Assembly: GCF_963921235.1 (NCBI RefSeq)
Contig: NC_086108.1
Location: 40,364,001 to 40,428,000 of the forward strand
DNA length: 64,000 nt
Reading direction: 5' to 3'
From: Mobula hypostoma
Lineage: Eukaryota
Part shown: positions 12,001 to 24,618 of the stretch, one piece after another
How the letters are laid out: every line of letters begins with the position of its first letter
Numbering within the stretch: position 1 is the stretch's first letter
Position numbers and translations under genes: made by a program
Notes under the pieces: model-generated
The model's input: the letters and a program-made list of their open reading frames with translations, nothing else
Databases searched by the model: none
Told to the model about the DNA's origin: nothing

Positions 12001-15000
12001 CGAGGCGAAGCTGGAGGCTGGAAGCAGGAGACTTGGGGCAACGCTGGAGGCTGGAGGTAGGAGACTTGAGGCGAGGCTGGAGGATGGCGACTTGAGGCGA
12101 GGCTGGAGACTTGAGGCGAGGCTGGAGGCTGGATGCAGGAGACGAGACGAGGTGAGGCTGGAGGCCTGAGGCAGGAGACTTGGGGAAAGGCTGAAGGCAG
12201 GGAACTTGGGGCGAGGCTGGAGGCTGGAGGCAGGAGTCAGGAGACTTGGGACGAGGCAAGGCTGGAGGTAGGAGTCTTAGGGCGAGGCTGGAGGCAGGAG
12301 GCAGGAACCTTGAGCTGAGGCTGGAGGCAGGAGACGATGGGAGGCTGGAGGAAGGAGACTTGAGGTGAGGCTGGAGGCTGAAGGCAGGAGACTTGGGGCA
12401 AAACGAGGCTGGAGACTGGAGGCAGGAGACAGGGCGAGGCGAGGCTGGAGGCAGGAAATTTGGGACGAGGCGAGGCTGGAGACAGCAGACTTGGGGTGAG
12501 GTGAGGCAAGGCTGGAGGCAGGAGACTTGGGGCGAGGCCAGAGGCTGGAGGCAGGAGACGTGGGGCGAGGCTGGAGTCTGGAGACTTGAGGCATGACTGG
12601 AGGCTGGAGGCAGGAGACGGGGTGAGGCGAGGCTGGAGGCAGGAGACTTGGGGCGAGGCGACGCTGGAGGCTGGAGGAAGGAGACTTGGGGCGAGACTGG
12701 AGGCAGGAGACAGCGCGATGCGAGGCTGGAGGCAGCAGACTTGGGGTGAGGCTGGAGGCAGCAGTCTTGGGGCGAGCTGAGGCTGGAGGCAGGAGAAGAG
12801 ACGAGGCTGGAGGCTGGAGGCAGGAGACTTGGGGCAAGGCGAGGCTGGAGGCAGGAGACTTGGGGTGAGGGGAGGCTGGAGGCAGGAGACTTGGGGTGAG
12901 GGGAGGCTGGAGGCAGGAGACTTGCGGCGAGGCGAGGCAAGAAGCAGGAGACTTGGGGCGAGGCGAGGCTGGAGGCTGGAGCCAGGAGATGGGGTGAGGC
13001 TGGAGGCAGGAGACTTGAGGCGAGGCTGGAGGCAGGAGTCTTGGGGCAAGGCGAGGCTGGAGGCAGGAGTCTTGGGGCGAGGCTGGAGGCAGGAGCAGGA
13101 GACTTGATGGGAGGCAGGAGGCAGGAGACTTGATGGGAGGCAGGAGGCAGGAGACTTGAGGCGAGGCTGGAGGCAGGAGACTTGATGGGAGGCTGGAGGC
13201 TGGAGGAAGGAAACTTGAGGCAAGGCTGGAGGCTGGAGACTTGGGGCGAGGCGAGGCTGGAGGCAGAGACTTGAGGCGAGGCTGGAGGCAGGAGACAGAG
13301 TGAGTCGAGGCTGGAGGCAGGAGACTTGGGGCAAGGCGAGGCTGGAGGCAAGAGACTTGGGGCGAGGGGAGCCTGGAGGCAGGACACAACGCGAGGCTGG
13401 AGGCTGGAGGCAGGAGACCTGGGACGAGGTGAGGCTGGAGGCAGCAGACTTGGGGCGAGGCGAGACTGGAGGCAGGAGGCAGGAGACTTAGGGCGAGGCA
13501 AGTTTGGAGGCTGGAGGCAGGAGACTTGAGGCGAGGCTGGAGGCTGGAGGCAGGAGACTTGAGGTGAGGCAAGTGGCAGGAGACTTAGGGTGAGGCGAGG
13601 CTGGAGACTTTGGGCAAGGCTGGAGGCGGGATTTGGGCTGAGGTGCGACTGGAGGCAGGAGACTTCGGGTGAGGCAAGTTTGGAGGCTGGAGGCAGGAGT
13701 CTTGAGGCGAGGCTGGAGGCAGGAGACTTGGGGCAAGGCTGGAGGCAGGGGACTTGGGGCGAGGCTGGAGGCAGGAGACTTGGGGCAAGGCAGGAGGCAG
13801 GAGACGGGGCGAGTCTGGAGGCTGGAGGCAGGAGACTTGAGGCGAGGCTGGAGGCAGGAGATGGGGTGAGGTGAGGCTGGAAGCAGGAGACTTTGGGCGA
13901 GGCGAGGCTGGAGGCAGGAGACTTGGGGCAAGGTTAGAGACAGGGAACTTGGGGTGAGGCTGGAGGCAGGAGACGGGACGAGGCGAGGCTGGAGGCTGCA
14001 GGCAGGAGACTTGGTGCGAGGCGAGAATGGAGTCTGGAGGCAGGAGACTTGGGACGAGGCGAGGCTGGAGGCAGGAGACTTGGGGCGATGCTGGATGCTG
14101 GAGACTTGAGGCGAGGCGATGCTGGAGGATGGAGACTTGAGGCGAGGCTGGAGGCTGGTAACCTGAGGCGAGGCTGGAGGCTGGTGACTTGAGGCGATGC
14201 GAGGCTGGAGGCAGGAGACTTGGGGCGAGGCAAGACTGGAGGCAGGAGGCAGGAGACTTGGGCCGAGGTGCGACTGGAGGCTGGAGGCAGGAGACTTGGA
14301 GTGAGGCAAATTTGGAGGCTGGAGGCAGGAGACTTGAGGTGAGGCTGGAGGCAGGAGTCTTGCGGCAAGGTGAGGCTGGAGGCAGGAGTCTTGGGGCAAG
14401 GTGAGGCTGGAGGCAGGAGTCTTGGGGCGAGGCTGGAGGCAGGAAACTTGGGACGAGGCGAGGCTGGAGGCAGGAGACTTGAGGTGAGGCTGGAGGCAGG
14501 AGACTTGAGGCGAGGCTGGAGGCTGGAGGCAGGAGACAGAGTGAGTCGAGGCTGGAGGCAGAAGACTTGGGGCAAGGCGAGGCTGGAGGCAAGAGACTTG
14601 GGGCGAGGGGAGCCTGGAGGCAGGACACGACGCGAGGCTGGAGGCTGGAGGCAGGAGACCTGGGACGAGGTGAGGCTGGAGGCAGCAGACTTGTGGCGAG
14701 GTGAGGCGAGGCTGGAGGCAGAAGACTTCGGGCGAGGCGAGGCTGGAGGCAGCAGACTTGGGGCAAGGTGAGACTGGAGGCAGGAGGCAGGAGACTTGAG
14801 GCGAGGCTGGAGGCAGGAGACTTGAGGTGAGGCAAGTGGCAGGAGACTTGGGGTGAGGCGAGGCTGGAGGCTGGAGACTTGGGGCGAGGCTGGAGGCAGG
14901 AGACGGGGCAAAGCTCAAGGCAGGAGGCAGGAGACGGGGCGAGTCTGGAGGCTGGAGGCAGGAGACTTGAGGCGAGGCTGGAGGCAGGAGACTTTGGGCG

Positions 15001-18000
15001 AGGCGAGGCTGGAGGTAGGAGATGAGGCGAGGCTGGAGGCAGGAGACTTGGGGCAAGGTTAGAGACAGGGAACTTGGGGTGAGGCTGGAGGCAGGAGACG
15101 GGACAATGCAAGGCTGGAGTCTGGAGGCAGGAGACTTGGTGCGAGGCGAGAATGGAGTCTGGAGGCAGGAGACTTGGGACGAGGCGAGGCTGGAGGCAGG
15201 AGACTTGGGGCGACGCTGGATGCTGGTGACAGGAGACGAGGCGAGGCTGGAGGTAGGAGACTTAAGGTGAGGCTGGAGGATGGAGACTTGAGGCGAGGCG
15301 AGGCTGGTGACTTGTGGCGAGGCGAGGCTGGAGTCTGGTGACTTGAGGCGAGTCTGGAGGCTGGTAACCTGAGGTGAGGCTGGAGACTTGGGGTGAGGCG
15401 AGGCTGGAGGCTGCTGACTTGGGGCGATGCGAGGCTGGAGGCAGGAGACTTGGGGTGAGGCAAGACTGGAGGCAGGAGGCAGGAGACTTGGGCCGAGGTG
15501 CAACTGGAGGCTGGAGGCAGGAGACTTGGAGCGAGGCAAATTTGGAGGCTGGAGGCAGGAGACGAGGTGAGGCTGGAGGCAGGAGTCTTGGGGCAAGGCG
15601 AGGCTGGAGGCAGGAGTCTTGGAGCGAGGCTGGAGGCAGGAAACTTGGGATGAGGCGAGGCTGGAGGCAGGAGACTTGAGGAGAGGCTCGAGGCAGAAGA
15701 CGGGGCAAGGCTGGAGGCAGGAAACTTGGGACGAGGCGAGGCTGGAGGCAGGAGACTTGGGGCGAGGCCAGACTGGAGGCAGGAGACTTGAGGCGAGGCT
15801 GGAGGCAGGAGACTTGGGGCAAGGCGAGGCTGCAGGCAGGAGACTAGGAGCGAGGCGAGAATGGAGTCTGGAGGCAGGAGACTTGGGACGAGGCGAGGCT
15901 GGAGGCAGGAGGCTTGTTGTGAGGAGAGGCTGGAGGCAGGAGACGGGGCGAGGCGAGGCTGGAGGCAGGAGACTTGGGGCAAGGCTAGAGGCAGAGGACT
16001 TGAGGCGAGGCTGGAGGCTGGAGGCAGGAGACGGGGCGAGTCTGGAGGCAGGAGGCTTGGGGCGAGACGAGGCTGGAGGCTAGAGGTAGGAGACGGAGCG
16101 AGGTGAGGCTGGAGGCCTTGCCCCAAGTCTCCTGCCTCCAGCCTCGAGCCTCGCCTCAAGTCCTCTGCCTCCAGCCTTGCCCCAAGAGGACTTGAGGCGA
16201 GGCTCGAGGCTGGAGGCAGGAGACTTGAGGCGAGGCTGGAGGCAGGAGGCTTGGGGCGAGATGAGGCTGGAGGCAGCAGACTTGGGGCGAGGTGAGGTGA
16301 GGCTGCAGGCAGGAGACGGGGCATGGCGAGACTGGAGTCTGGAGGCAGGAGACGTGGGGCGAGGTGACGCTGGAGGCAGGATACGGAGCGAGGCTGGAGG
16401 CAGGAGACAGGAGACCTGGGGCGAGGCTGGAGGCAGCAGACTTGGGGCAAGGTGACGCTGGAGGCAGGATACGGAGCGAGGCTGGAGGCAGGAGGCAGGA
16501 GACCTGGGGCGAGGCTGGAGGCAGCAGACTTGGGGCGAGGCGAGGCTGGAGGCAGCAGACGGGGCGAGGCGAGGCTGGAGGCAGCAGTCTTGGGGCGAGG
16601 CGAGGCTGGAGGCAGGAGACTTGGGGCAAGGCTGGAGGCAGGAGACTTGAGGAGAGGCTCGAGGCAGAAGACGGGGCAAGGCTGGAGGCAGGAAACTTGG
16701 GACGAGGCGAGGCTGGAGGCAGGAGACTTGGGGCGAGGCCAGACTGGAGGCAGGAGACTTGAGGCGAGGCTGGAGGCAGGAGACTTGGGGCAAGGCGAGG
16801 CTGCAGGCAGGAGTCTAGGAGCGAGGCGAAAATGGAGTCTGGAGGCAGGAGACTTGGGACGAGGCGAGGCTGGAGGCAGGAGGCTTGTTGTGAGGAGAGG
16901 CTGGAGGCAGGAGACGGGGCGAGGCGAGGCTGGAGGCAGGAGACTTGGGGCAAGGCTAGAGGCAGAGGACTTGAGGCGAGGCTGGAGGCTGGAGGCAGGA
17001 GACGGGGCGAGTCTGGAGGCAGGAGGCTTGGGGCGAGACGAGGCTGGAGGCTAGAGGTAGGAGACGGAGCGAGGTGAGGCTGGAGGCCTTGCCCCAAGTC
17101 TCCTGCCTCCAGCCTCGAGCCTCGCCTCAAGTCCTCTGCCTCCAGCCTTGCCCCAAGAGGACTTGAGGCGAGGCTCGAGGCTGGAGGCAGGAGACTTGAG
17201 GCGAGGCTGGAGGCAGGAGGCTTGGGGCGAGATGAGGCTGGAGGCAGCAGACTTGGGGCGAGGTGAGGTGAGGCTGCAGGCAGGAGACGGGGCATGGCGA
17301 GACTGGAGTCTGGAGGCAGGAGACGTGGGGCGAGGTGACGCTGGAGGCAGGATACGGAGCGAGGCTGGAGGCAGGAGACAGGAGACCTGGGGCGAGGCTG
17401 GAGGCAGCAGACTTGGGGCAAGGTGACGCTGGAGGCAGGATACGGAGCGAGGCTGGAGGCAGGAGGCAGGAGACCTGGGGCGAGGCTGGAGGCAGCAGGC
17501 AGGAGACTTGGAACGAGGCGAGGCTGGAGACAGCAGACTTGGGGTGAGGTGAGGCAAGGCTGGAGGCAGCAGACTTGGCGTGAGGTGAGGCAAGGCTGGA
17601 GGCAGGAGACGGGGCGAGGCATGACTGGAGTCTGGAGGCAGGAGACTTGGGATGAGGCAAGGCTGGAGGCAGGAGTCTTGGGGCAAGGCGACGCTGGAGG
17701 CAGGAGGCAGGGCGGGGTGAGGCTGGAGGCAGCAGACATGGGGCGAGGCTGGAGGCAGGAGACGGGGCGAGGCTGGAGGCAGCAGGCAGGAGACTTGGGA
17801 CAAGGCGAGGCTGGAGGCAGGAGTCTTGGGGCGAGGCTGGAGGCAGGAGGCAGGAGACGAGCTGAGGCTGGAGGCAGGAGACTTGATGGGAGGCTGGAGG
17901 CTGGAGGAAGGAGACTTGAGGCGAGGCTGGAGGCTGAAGGCAGGAGACGAGGCAAAACGAGGCTGGTGGCAGGAGACAGGGCGAGGCTGGAGGCAGGAAA

Positions 18001-21000
18001 TTTGGGACGAGGCGAGGCTGGAGGCAGCAGACTTGGGGTGAGGTGAGGCAAGGCTGGAGGCAGGAGACTTGGGGCAAGGCGAGGCTGGAGGCAGGAGTCT
18101 TGGGGCAAGGCTGGAGGCAGGAGGCAGGAGACTTGAGGCAAGGCTGGAGGCTGAAGGCAGGAGACTTGGGGCGAGACGAGGCTGGAGGCTTGAGGCAGGA
18201 AATGTGGGACGTGGCGAGGCTGGAGGCAGCAGACTTGGGGTGAGGTGAGGCAAGGCTGGAGGCAGGAGACATGGGGCGAGGCTGGAGGCAGAAGACTTGG
18301 GACAAGAAGAGGCTGGAGGCTGGAGGCAGGAGGCAGGAGACCTGGGGCGAGGCTGGAGGCAGCAGGCAGGAGACTTGGAACGAGGCGAGGCTGGAGGCAG
18401 CAGACGGGGCGAGGCGAGGCTGGAGGCAGCAGTCTTGGGGCGAGGCGAGGCTGGAGGCAGGAGACTTGGGGCAAGGCTGGAGGCAGGAGACTTGGGGCGA
18501 GGCCAGACTGGAGGCAGGAGGCAGGAGACTTGGGGCGAGGCAAATTTGGAGGCTTGAAGCCGGAGACTTGAGGCGAGGCTGGAGGCAGGAGACTTGGGGC
18601 AAGTCGAGGCTGGAGGCAGGAGACTTGAGGCCAGGCTGGAGGCAGGAGACTTGGGGCAAGGCGAGGCTGCAGGCAGGAGACTTGGAGCGAGGCGAGAATG
18701 GAGTCTGGAGGCAGGAGACTTGGGACGAGGCGAGGCTGGAGGCAGGAGGCTTGTTGTGAGGAGAGGCTGGAGGCAGGAGACGGGGCGAGGCGAGTCTGGA
18801 GGCAGGAGACTTGGGGCAAGGCTAGAGGCAGAGGACTTGAGGCGAGGCTGGAGGCTAGAGGCAGAGGACTTGAGGCGAGGCTGGAGGCTGGAGGCAGGAG
18901 ACTTGGGGCGAGTCTGGAGGCAGGAGGCTTGGGGCGAGACGAGGCTGGAGGCTAGAGGTAGGAGACGGGGCGAGGCGAGGCTGGAGGCCTTGACCCAAGT
19001 CTCCTGCCTCCAGCCTCGAGCCTCGCCTCAAGTCCTCTGCCTCCAGCCTTGCCCCAAGAGGACTTGAGGCGAGGCTGGAGGCAGGAGACTTGGGGCAAGG
19101 CGAGGCTGCAGGCAGGAGACTTGGAGCGAGGCGAGAATGGAGTCTGGAGGCAGGAGACTTGGGACGAGGCTGGAGGCAGGAGACTTGGGGCAAGGCTAGA
19201 GGCAGAGGACTTGAGGCGAGGCTGGAGGCAGGAGACTTGGGGCGAGTCTGGAGGCAGGAGGCTTGGGGCGAGTCGAGGCTGGAGGCTAGAGGTAGGAGAC
19301 GGGGCGAGGCGAGGCTGGAGGCCTTGCCCCAAGTCTCCTGCCTCCAGCCTCGAGCTTCGCCTCAAGTCCTCTGCCTCCAGCCTTGCCCCAAGAGGACTTG
19401 AGGCGAGGCTCGAGGCTGGAGGCAGGAGACTTGAGGCGAGGCTGGAGGCAGGAGGCTTGGGGCGAGATGAGGCTGGAGGCAGGAGACTTGGGACGAGGCG
19501 AGGCTGGAGGCAGCAGACTTGGGGCGAGGTGAGGTGAGGCTGCAGGCAGGAGACGGGGCGTGGCGAGACTGGAGTCTGGAGGCAGGAGACGTGGGGCGAG
19601 GTGACGCTGGAGGCAGGATACGGAGCGAGGCTGGAGGCAGGAGGCAGGACACCTGGGGCGAGGCTGGAGGCAGCAGACTTGGGGCGAGGCGAGGCTGGAG
19701 GCAGCAGACGGGGCGAGGCGAGGCTGGAGGCAGCAGTCTTGTGGCGAGGCGAGGCTGAAGGCAGCAGTCTTGGGGCGATGCGAGGCTGGAGGCAGGAGAC
19801 TTGGGGAGAAGCGTGACTGGAGGCAGGCGGCTTGGGGCATGGCGAAGATAGAGGCAGGAGACAGGGCGAGGCGAGGCTGGAGGCTGGAGGCAGGAGACTT
19901 GTGGCAAGGCTGGAGGCAGGGAACTTGGGGTGAGACTGGAGGCAGGAGACGGGACAATGCGAGGCTAGAGTCTGGAGGCAGGAAACTTGAGACGAGGCTG
20001 GAGGCAGGAGACTTGGGGCCAGGTGAGGCAAGAGGCAGGAGACTTGGGGCTAGGCGAGGCTGGAGGCAGGAGTCTTGGGGCGAGGCTGGAGGCAGAAGAC
20101 GGGGCGAGCGAGGCTGGAGGTAAGAGACAGGCGAGGTGAGGCTGGAGGTAGGAGACTTGGGGCGAGGCGAGGCTGGAGGCAGGAGACTTGGGGCAAGGCT
20201 AGAGGCAGAGGACTTGAGGCGAGGCTGGAAGCTGGAGGCAGGAGACTTGGGGCGAGGCCGGAGGCAGGAGACTTGGGGCAAGGCGAGGCAGGAGGCTTGG
20301 GGCGTGGCGAGGATAGAGGCAGGAGACAGGGCGAGGCGAGGCTGGAGGCTGGAGGCAGGAGACTTGGGGCAAGGCTGGAGGCAGGGAACTTGGGGTGAGG
20401 CTGGAGGCAGGAGACTTGGGGCCAGGTGAGGCTGGAGGCAGGAGACTTGGGGCAAGGCTGGAGGCAGGGGATGGGGTGAGGCTGGAGGCAGGAGACTTGG
20501 GGCGAGGCTGGAGGCAGAAGACGGGGCGAGCGAGGCTGGAGGTAGGAGACTTGGGGCGAGGTGAGGCTGGAGGTAGGAGACTTGGGGCGAGGCGAGGCTG
20601 GAGGCAGGAGTCTTGGGGCAAGGCTGGAGGCAGGGGACGGGGCGAGGCTGGAGGCAGGAGACTTGGGGCGAGGCTGGAGGCAGAAGACGGGACGAGCGAG
20701 GCTGGAGGCAGAAGACGGGGCGAGCGAGGCTGGAGGTAGGAGACTTGGGGCGAGGTGAGGCTGGAGGTAGGAGACTTGAGGCGAGGTGAGGCTGGAGGCA
20801 GGAGACTTGAGGCAAGGCTAGAGGCAGAGGACTTGGGGCGAGGCCGGAGGCAGGAGACTTGGGGCGAGGCCGGAGGCAGGAGACTTGGGGCAAGGCGAGG
20901 CAGGAGACTTGGGGCGTGGCGAGGATAGAGGCAGGAGACAGGGCGAGGCGAGGCTGGAGGCAGGAGACTTGGGGCAAAGCTGGAGGCAGGGAACTTGGGG

Positions 21001-24000
21001 TGAGGCTGGAGGCTGGAGGCAGGAGACTTGGGGCCAGGTGAGGTAAGAGCAGGAGACTTGGGGCTAGGCGAGGCTGGAGGCAGGAGACTTGGGACAAGGC
21101 TGGAGGCAGGGGATGGGGCGAGGCTGGACGCAGGAGACTTGGGGCGAGGCTGGAGGGAGAAGCCGGGGCAAGCGAGGCTGGAGGTAGGAGACTTGGGGCG
21201 AGGTGAGGCTGGAGGTAGGAGACTTGGGGCAAGGCTAGAGGCAGAGGACTTGAGGCGAGGCTGGAGGCAGGAGACTTGGGGCGAGGCCGGAGGCAGGAGA
21301 CTTGGGGCAAGGCGAGGCAGGAGGCTTGGGGCGTGGTGAGGATAGAGGCAGGAGACAGGGCGAGGCGAGGCTGGAGGCTGGAGGCAGGAGTCTTGGGGCA
21401 AGGCTGGAGGCAGGGAACTTGGGGTGAGGCTGGAGGCAGGAGACTTGGGGCCAGGTGAGGCAAGAGGCAGGAGACTTGGGGCTAGGTGAGGCTGGAGGCA
21501 GGAGACTTGGGGCAAGGCTGGAGGCAGGGGATGGGGTGAGGCTGGAGGCAGGAGACTTGGGGCGAGGCTGGAGGCAGAAGACGGGGCGAGCGAGGCTGGA
21601 GGTAGGAGACTTGGGGCGAGGTGAGGCTGGAGGTAGGAGACTTGGGGCGAGGCGAGGCTGGAGGCAGGAGTCTTGGGGCAAGGCTGGAGGCAGGGGACGG
21701 GGCGAGGCTGGAGGCAGGAGACTTGGGGCGAGGCTGGAGGCAGAAGACGGGACGAGCGAGGCTGGAGGTAAGAGACAGGCGAGGTGAGGCTGGAGGTAGG
21801 AGACTTGGGGCGAGGCGAGGCTGGAGGCAGGAGACTTGGGGCAAGGCTAGAGGCAGAGGACTTGAGGCGAGGCTGGAAGCTGGAGGCAGGAGACTTGGGG
21901 CGAGGCCGGAGGCAGGAGACTTGGGGCAAGGCGAGGCAGGAGGCTTGGGGCGTGGCGAGGATAGAGGCAGGAGACAGGGCGAGGCGAGGCTGGAGGCTGG
22001 AGGCAGGAGACTTGGGGCAAGGCTGGAGGCAGGGAACTTGGGGTGAGGCTGGAGGCAGGAGACTTGGGGCCAGGTGAGGCAAGAGGCAGGAGACTTGGGG
22101 CTAGGTGAGGCTGGAGGCAGGAGACTTGGGGCAAGGCTGGAGGCAGGGGATGGGGTGAGGCTGGAGGCAGGAGACTTGGGGCGAGGCTGGAGGTAGGAGA
22201 CTTGGGGCGAGGTGAGGCTGGAGGTAGGAGACTTGGGGCGAGGCGAGGCTGGAGGCAGGAGTCTTGCGGCAAGGCTGGAGGCAGGGGACGGGGCGAGGCT
22301 GGAGGCAGGAGACTTGGGGCGAGGCTGGAGGCAGAAGACGGGACGAGCGAGGCTGGAGGCAGAAGACGGGGCGAGCGAGGCTGGAGGTAGGAGACTTGGG
22401 GCGAGGTGAGGCTGGAGGTAGGAGACTTGAGGCGAGGCGAGGCTGGAGGCAGGAGACTTGGGGCAAGGCTAGAGGCAGAGGACTTGAGGCGAGGCTGGAG
22501 GCTGGAGACTTGGGGCGAGGCCGGAGGCAGGAGACTTGGGGCAAGGCGAGGCAGGAGGCTTGGGGCGTGGCGAGGATAGAGGCAGGAGACAGGGCGAGGC
22601 GAGGCTGGAGGCAGGAGACTTGGGGCAAAGCTGGAGGCAGGGAACTTGGGGTGAGGCTGGAGGCAGGAGACTTGGGGCCAGGTGAGGTAAGAGGCAGGAG
22701 ACTTGGGGCTAGGCGAGGCTGGAGGCAGGAGACTTGGGACAAGGCTGGAGGCAGGGGATGGGGCGAGGCTGGACGCAGGAGACTTGGGGCGAGGCTGGAG
22801 GCAGAAGACGGGGCGAGCGAGGCTGGAGGTAGGAGACTTGGGGCGAGGTGAGGCTGGAGGCAGGAGACTTGGGGCAAGGCTAGAGGCAGAGGACTTGAGG
22901 CGAGGCTGGAGGCTGGAGGCAGGAGTCTTGGGGTGAGGCCGGAGGCAGGAGACTTGGGGCAAGGCGAGGCTGGAGGCAAGAGGCTTGGGGTGTGGCGAGG
23001 ATAGAGGCAGGAGACAGGGCGAGGCGAGGCTGGAGGCTGGAGGCAGGAGACTTGGGGCAAGGCTGGAGGCAGGGAACTTGGGGTGAGACTGGAGGCAGGA
23101 GACGGGACGATGCGAGGCTAGAGTCTGGAGGCAGGAAACTTGAGGCGAGGCTGGAGGCAGGAGACTTGGGGCCAGGTGAGGCTGGAGGCAGGAGAATTGG
23201 GGCAAGGCTGGAGGCAGAAGACGGGGCAAGCGAGGCTGGAGGTAGGAGACTTGGGCAAGGCTAGAGGCAGAGGACTTGAGGCGAGGCTGGAGGCAGGAGA
23301 CTTGGGGCGAGGCTGGAGGCAGGAGACTTGGGGCAAGGCGAGGATGGAGGCAGGAGGCTTGGGGCGTGGCGAGGATAGAGGCAGGAGACGGGGCGAGGCG
23401 AGGCTGGAGTCTGGAGGCAAGAGACTTGGTCCGTGGCGAGGCTGCAGGCAGGAGACTTGGTGCAGGGCGAGGCTGGAGTCTGGAGGCAGGAGGCTTGGGA
23501 CGAGGCGAGGCTGGAGGCTGGAGGCAGGAGACGGGGCGATGCTGGAGGCTAGAGGCAGGAGACTTGAGGCGAGGCTGGAGGTAGGAGACTTGAGGTGAGG
23601 CTGGAGGCAGGAGTCTTGGGGTGAGGCGAGGCTGGAGGCAGGAGACTTGAGGTGAGGCAATGCTGGAGGACGGAGGCGAGGCGAAGCTGGAGGCTGGTGA
23701 CTTGTGGCGAGGCGAGGCTGGAGTCTGGTGACTTGAGGCGAGGTGATGCTGGAAGCTGGTGACCTGAGACGAGGCGAGGCTGGAGACTTGAGGCGAGGCT
23801 GGAGGCTGGAGGCAGGAGACTTGAGGCGAGGCTGGAAGCAGGAGGCAGGAGACGGGGCGACGCTGGAGGCTAGAGGCAGGAGACTTGAGGCAAGGCTGGA
23901 GGTAGGAGACTTGAGGTGAGGCTGGAGGCAGGAGTCTTGCAGTGAGGCGAGGCTGGAGGCAGGAGACTTGAGGCAAGGCGATGCTGGAGGACGGAGGCAA

Positions 24001-24618
24001 GGCGAGCTTGGAGGCTGGTGACTTGTAGCGAGGCGAGGCTGGAGTCTGGTGACTTGGGGCGAGGCGAGGCGATGCTGGAAGCTGGTGACCTGAGGCGAGG
24101 CGAGGCTGGAGGCTGGAGACTTGAGGCGAGGCTGGAGACTTGAGGCGAGGCTGGAGGCTGGAGGAAGGAGACTTGAGGCGAGGCTGGAGGCAGGAGGCAG
24201 GAGACTTGAGGCGAGGCTGGAGGCAGGAGACGGGGTGACGCTCGAGGCTGGAGGTAGGAGACTTGAGGCGAGGCTGGAGGCTGGAGGCAGGAAACTTGGG
24301 GCAAGGCTGGAGGGTGGAGACTTGGGGCGAGGTGAGGCTGGAGGCAGGAGACTTGAGACGAGGCGATGCTGGAAAATGGAGACTTGAGGCGAGGCTGGAG
24401 GCTGGTGACTTGTGGTGAGGCGAGGCTGGAGGCTGGTGACTTGAGGCGAGGCTGGAGGCTGGTGACTTGAGGCGAGGCAAGGCTGGAGGCTGGAGACGGT
24501 GCGAGGCGAGGCTGGAGACTTGAGGCGAGGCTGGAGGCTGGACACGGTGCGAGGCGAGGCTGGAGGCTGGAGACTTGAGGCGAGGCTGGAAGCTGGAGAC
24601 TTGAGGCGAGGCTGGAGA
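1..24618 (+). repeat. Giant G-rich complex satellite/minisatellite (modules GAGGC, TGGAGGC, AGGAGAC, TTGGGGC/TTGAGGC); continues beyond the left edge
   Basis: Continuous reiteration of e.g. GGCGAGGCTGGAGGCAGGAGACTTGG, ending abruptly at ...GCTGGAGA|CATATTTCCC. Identical pseudo-ORF translations recur at kb offsets (e.g. 7246 and 11193). Confidence 0.98.

Noticed and set aside
1..24618. True Ig switch region, CRISPR array or telomeric repeat
   Set aside because: AGCT palindromes are rare and no Ig exons are nearby. There are no unique spacers or cas genes, and no TTAGGG tracts.
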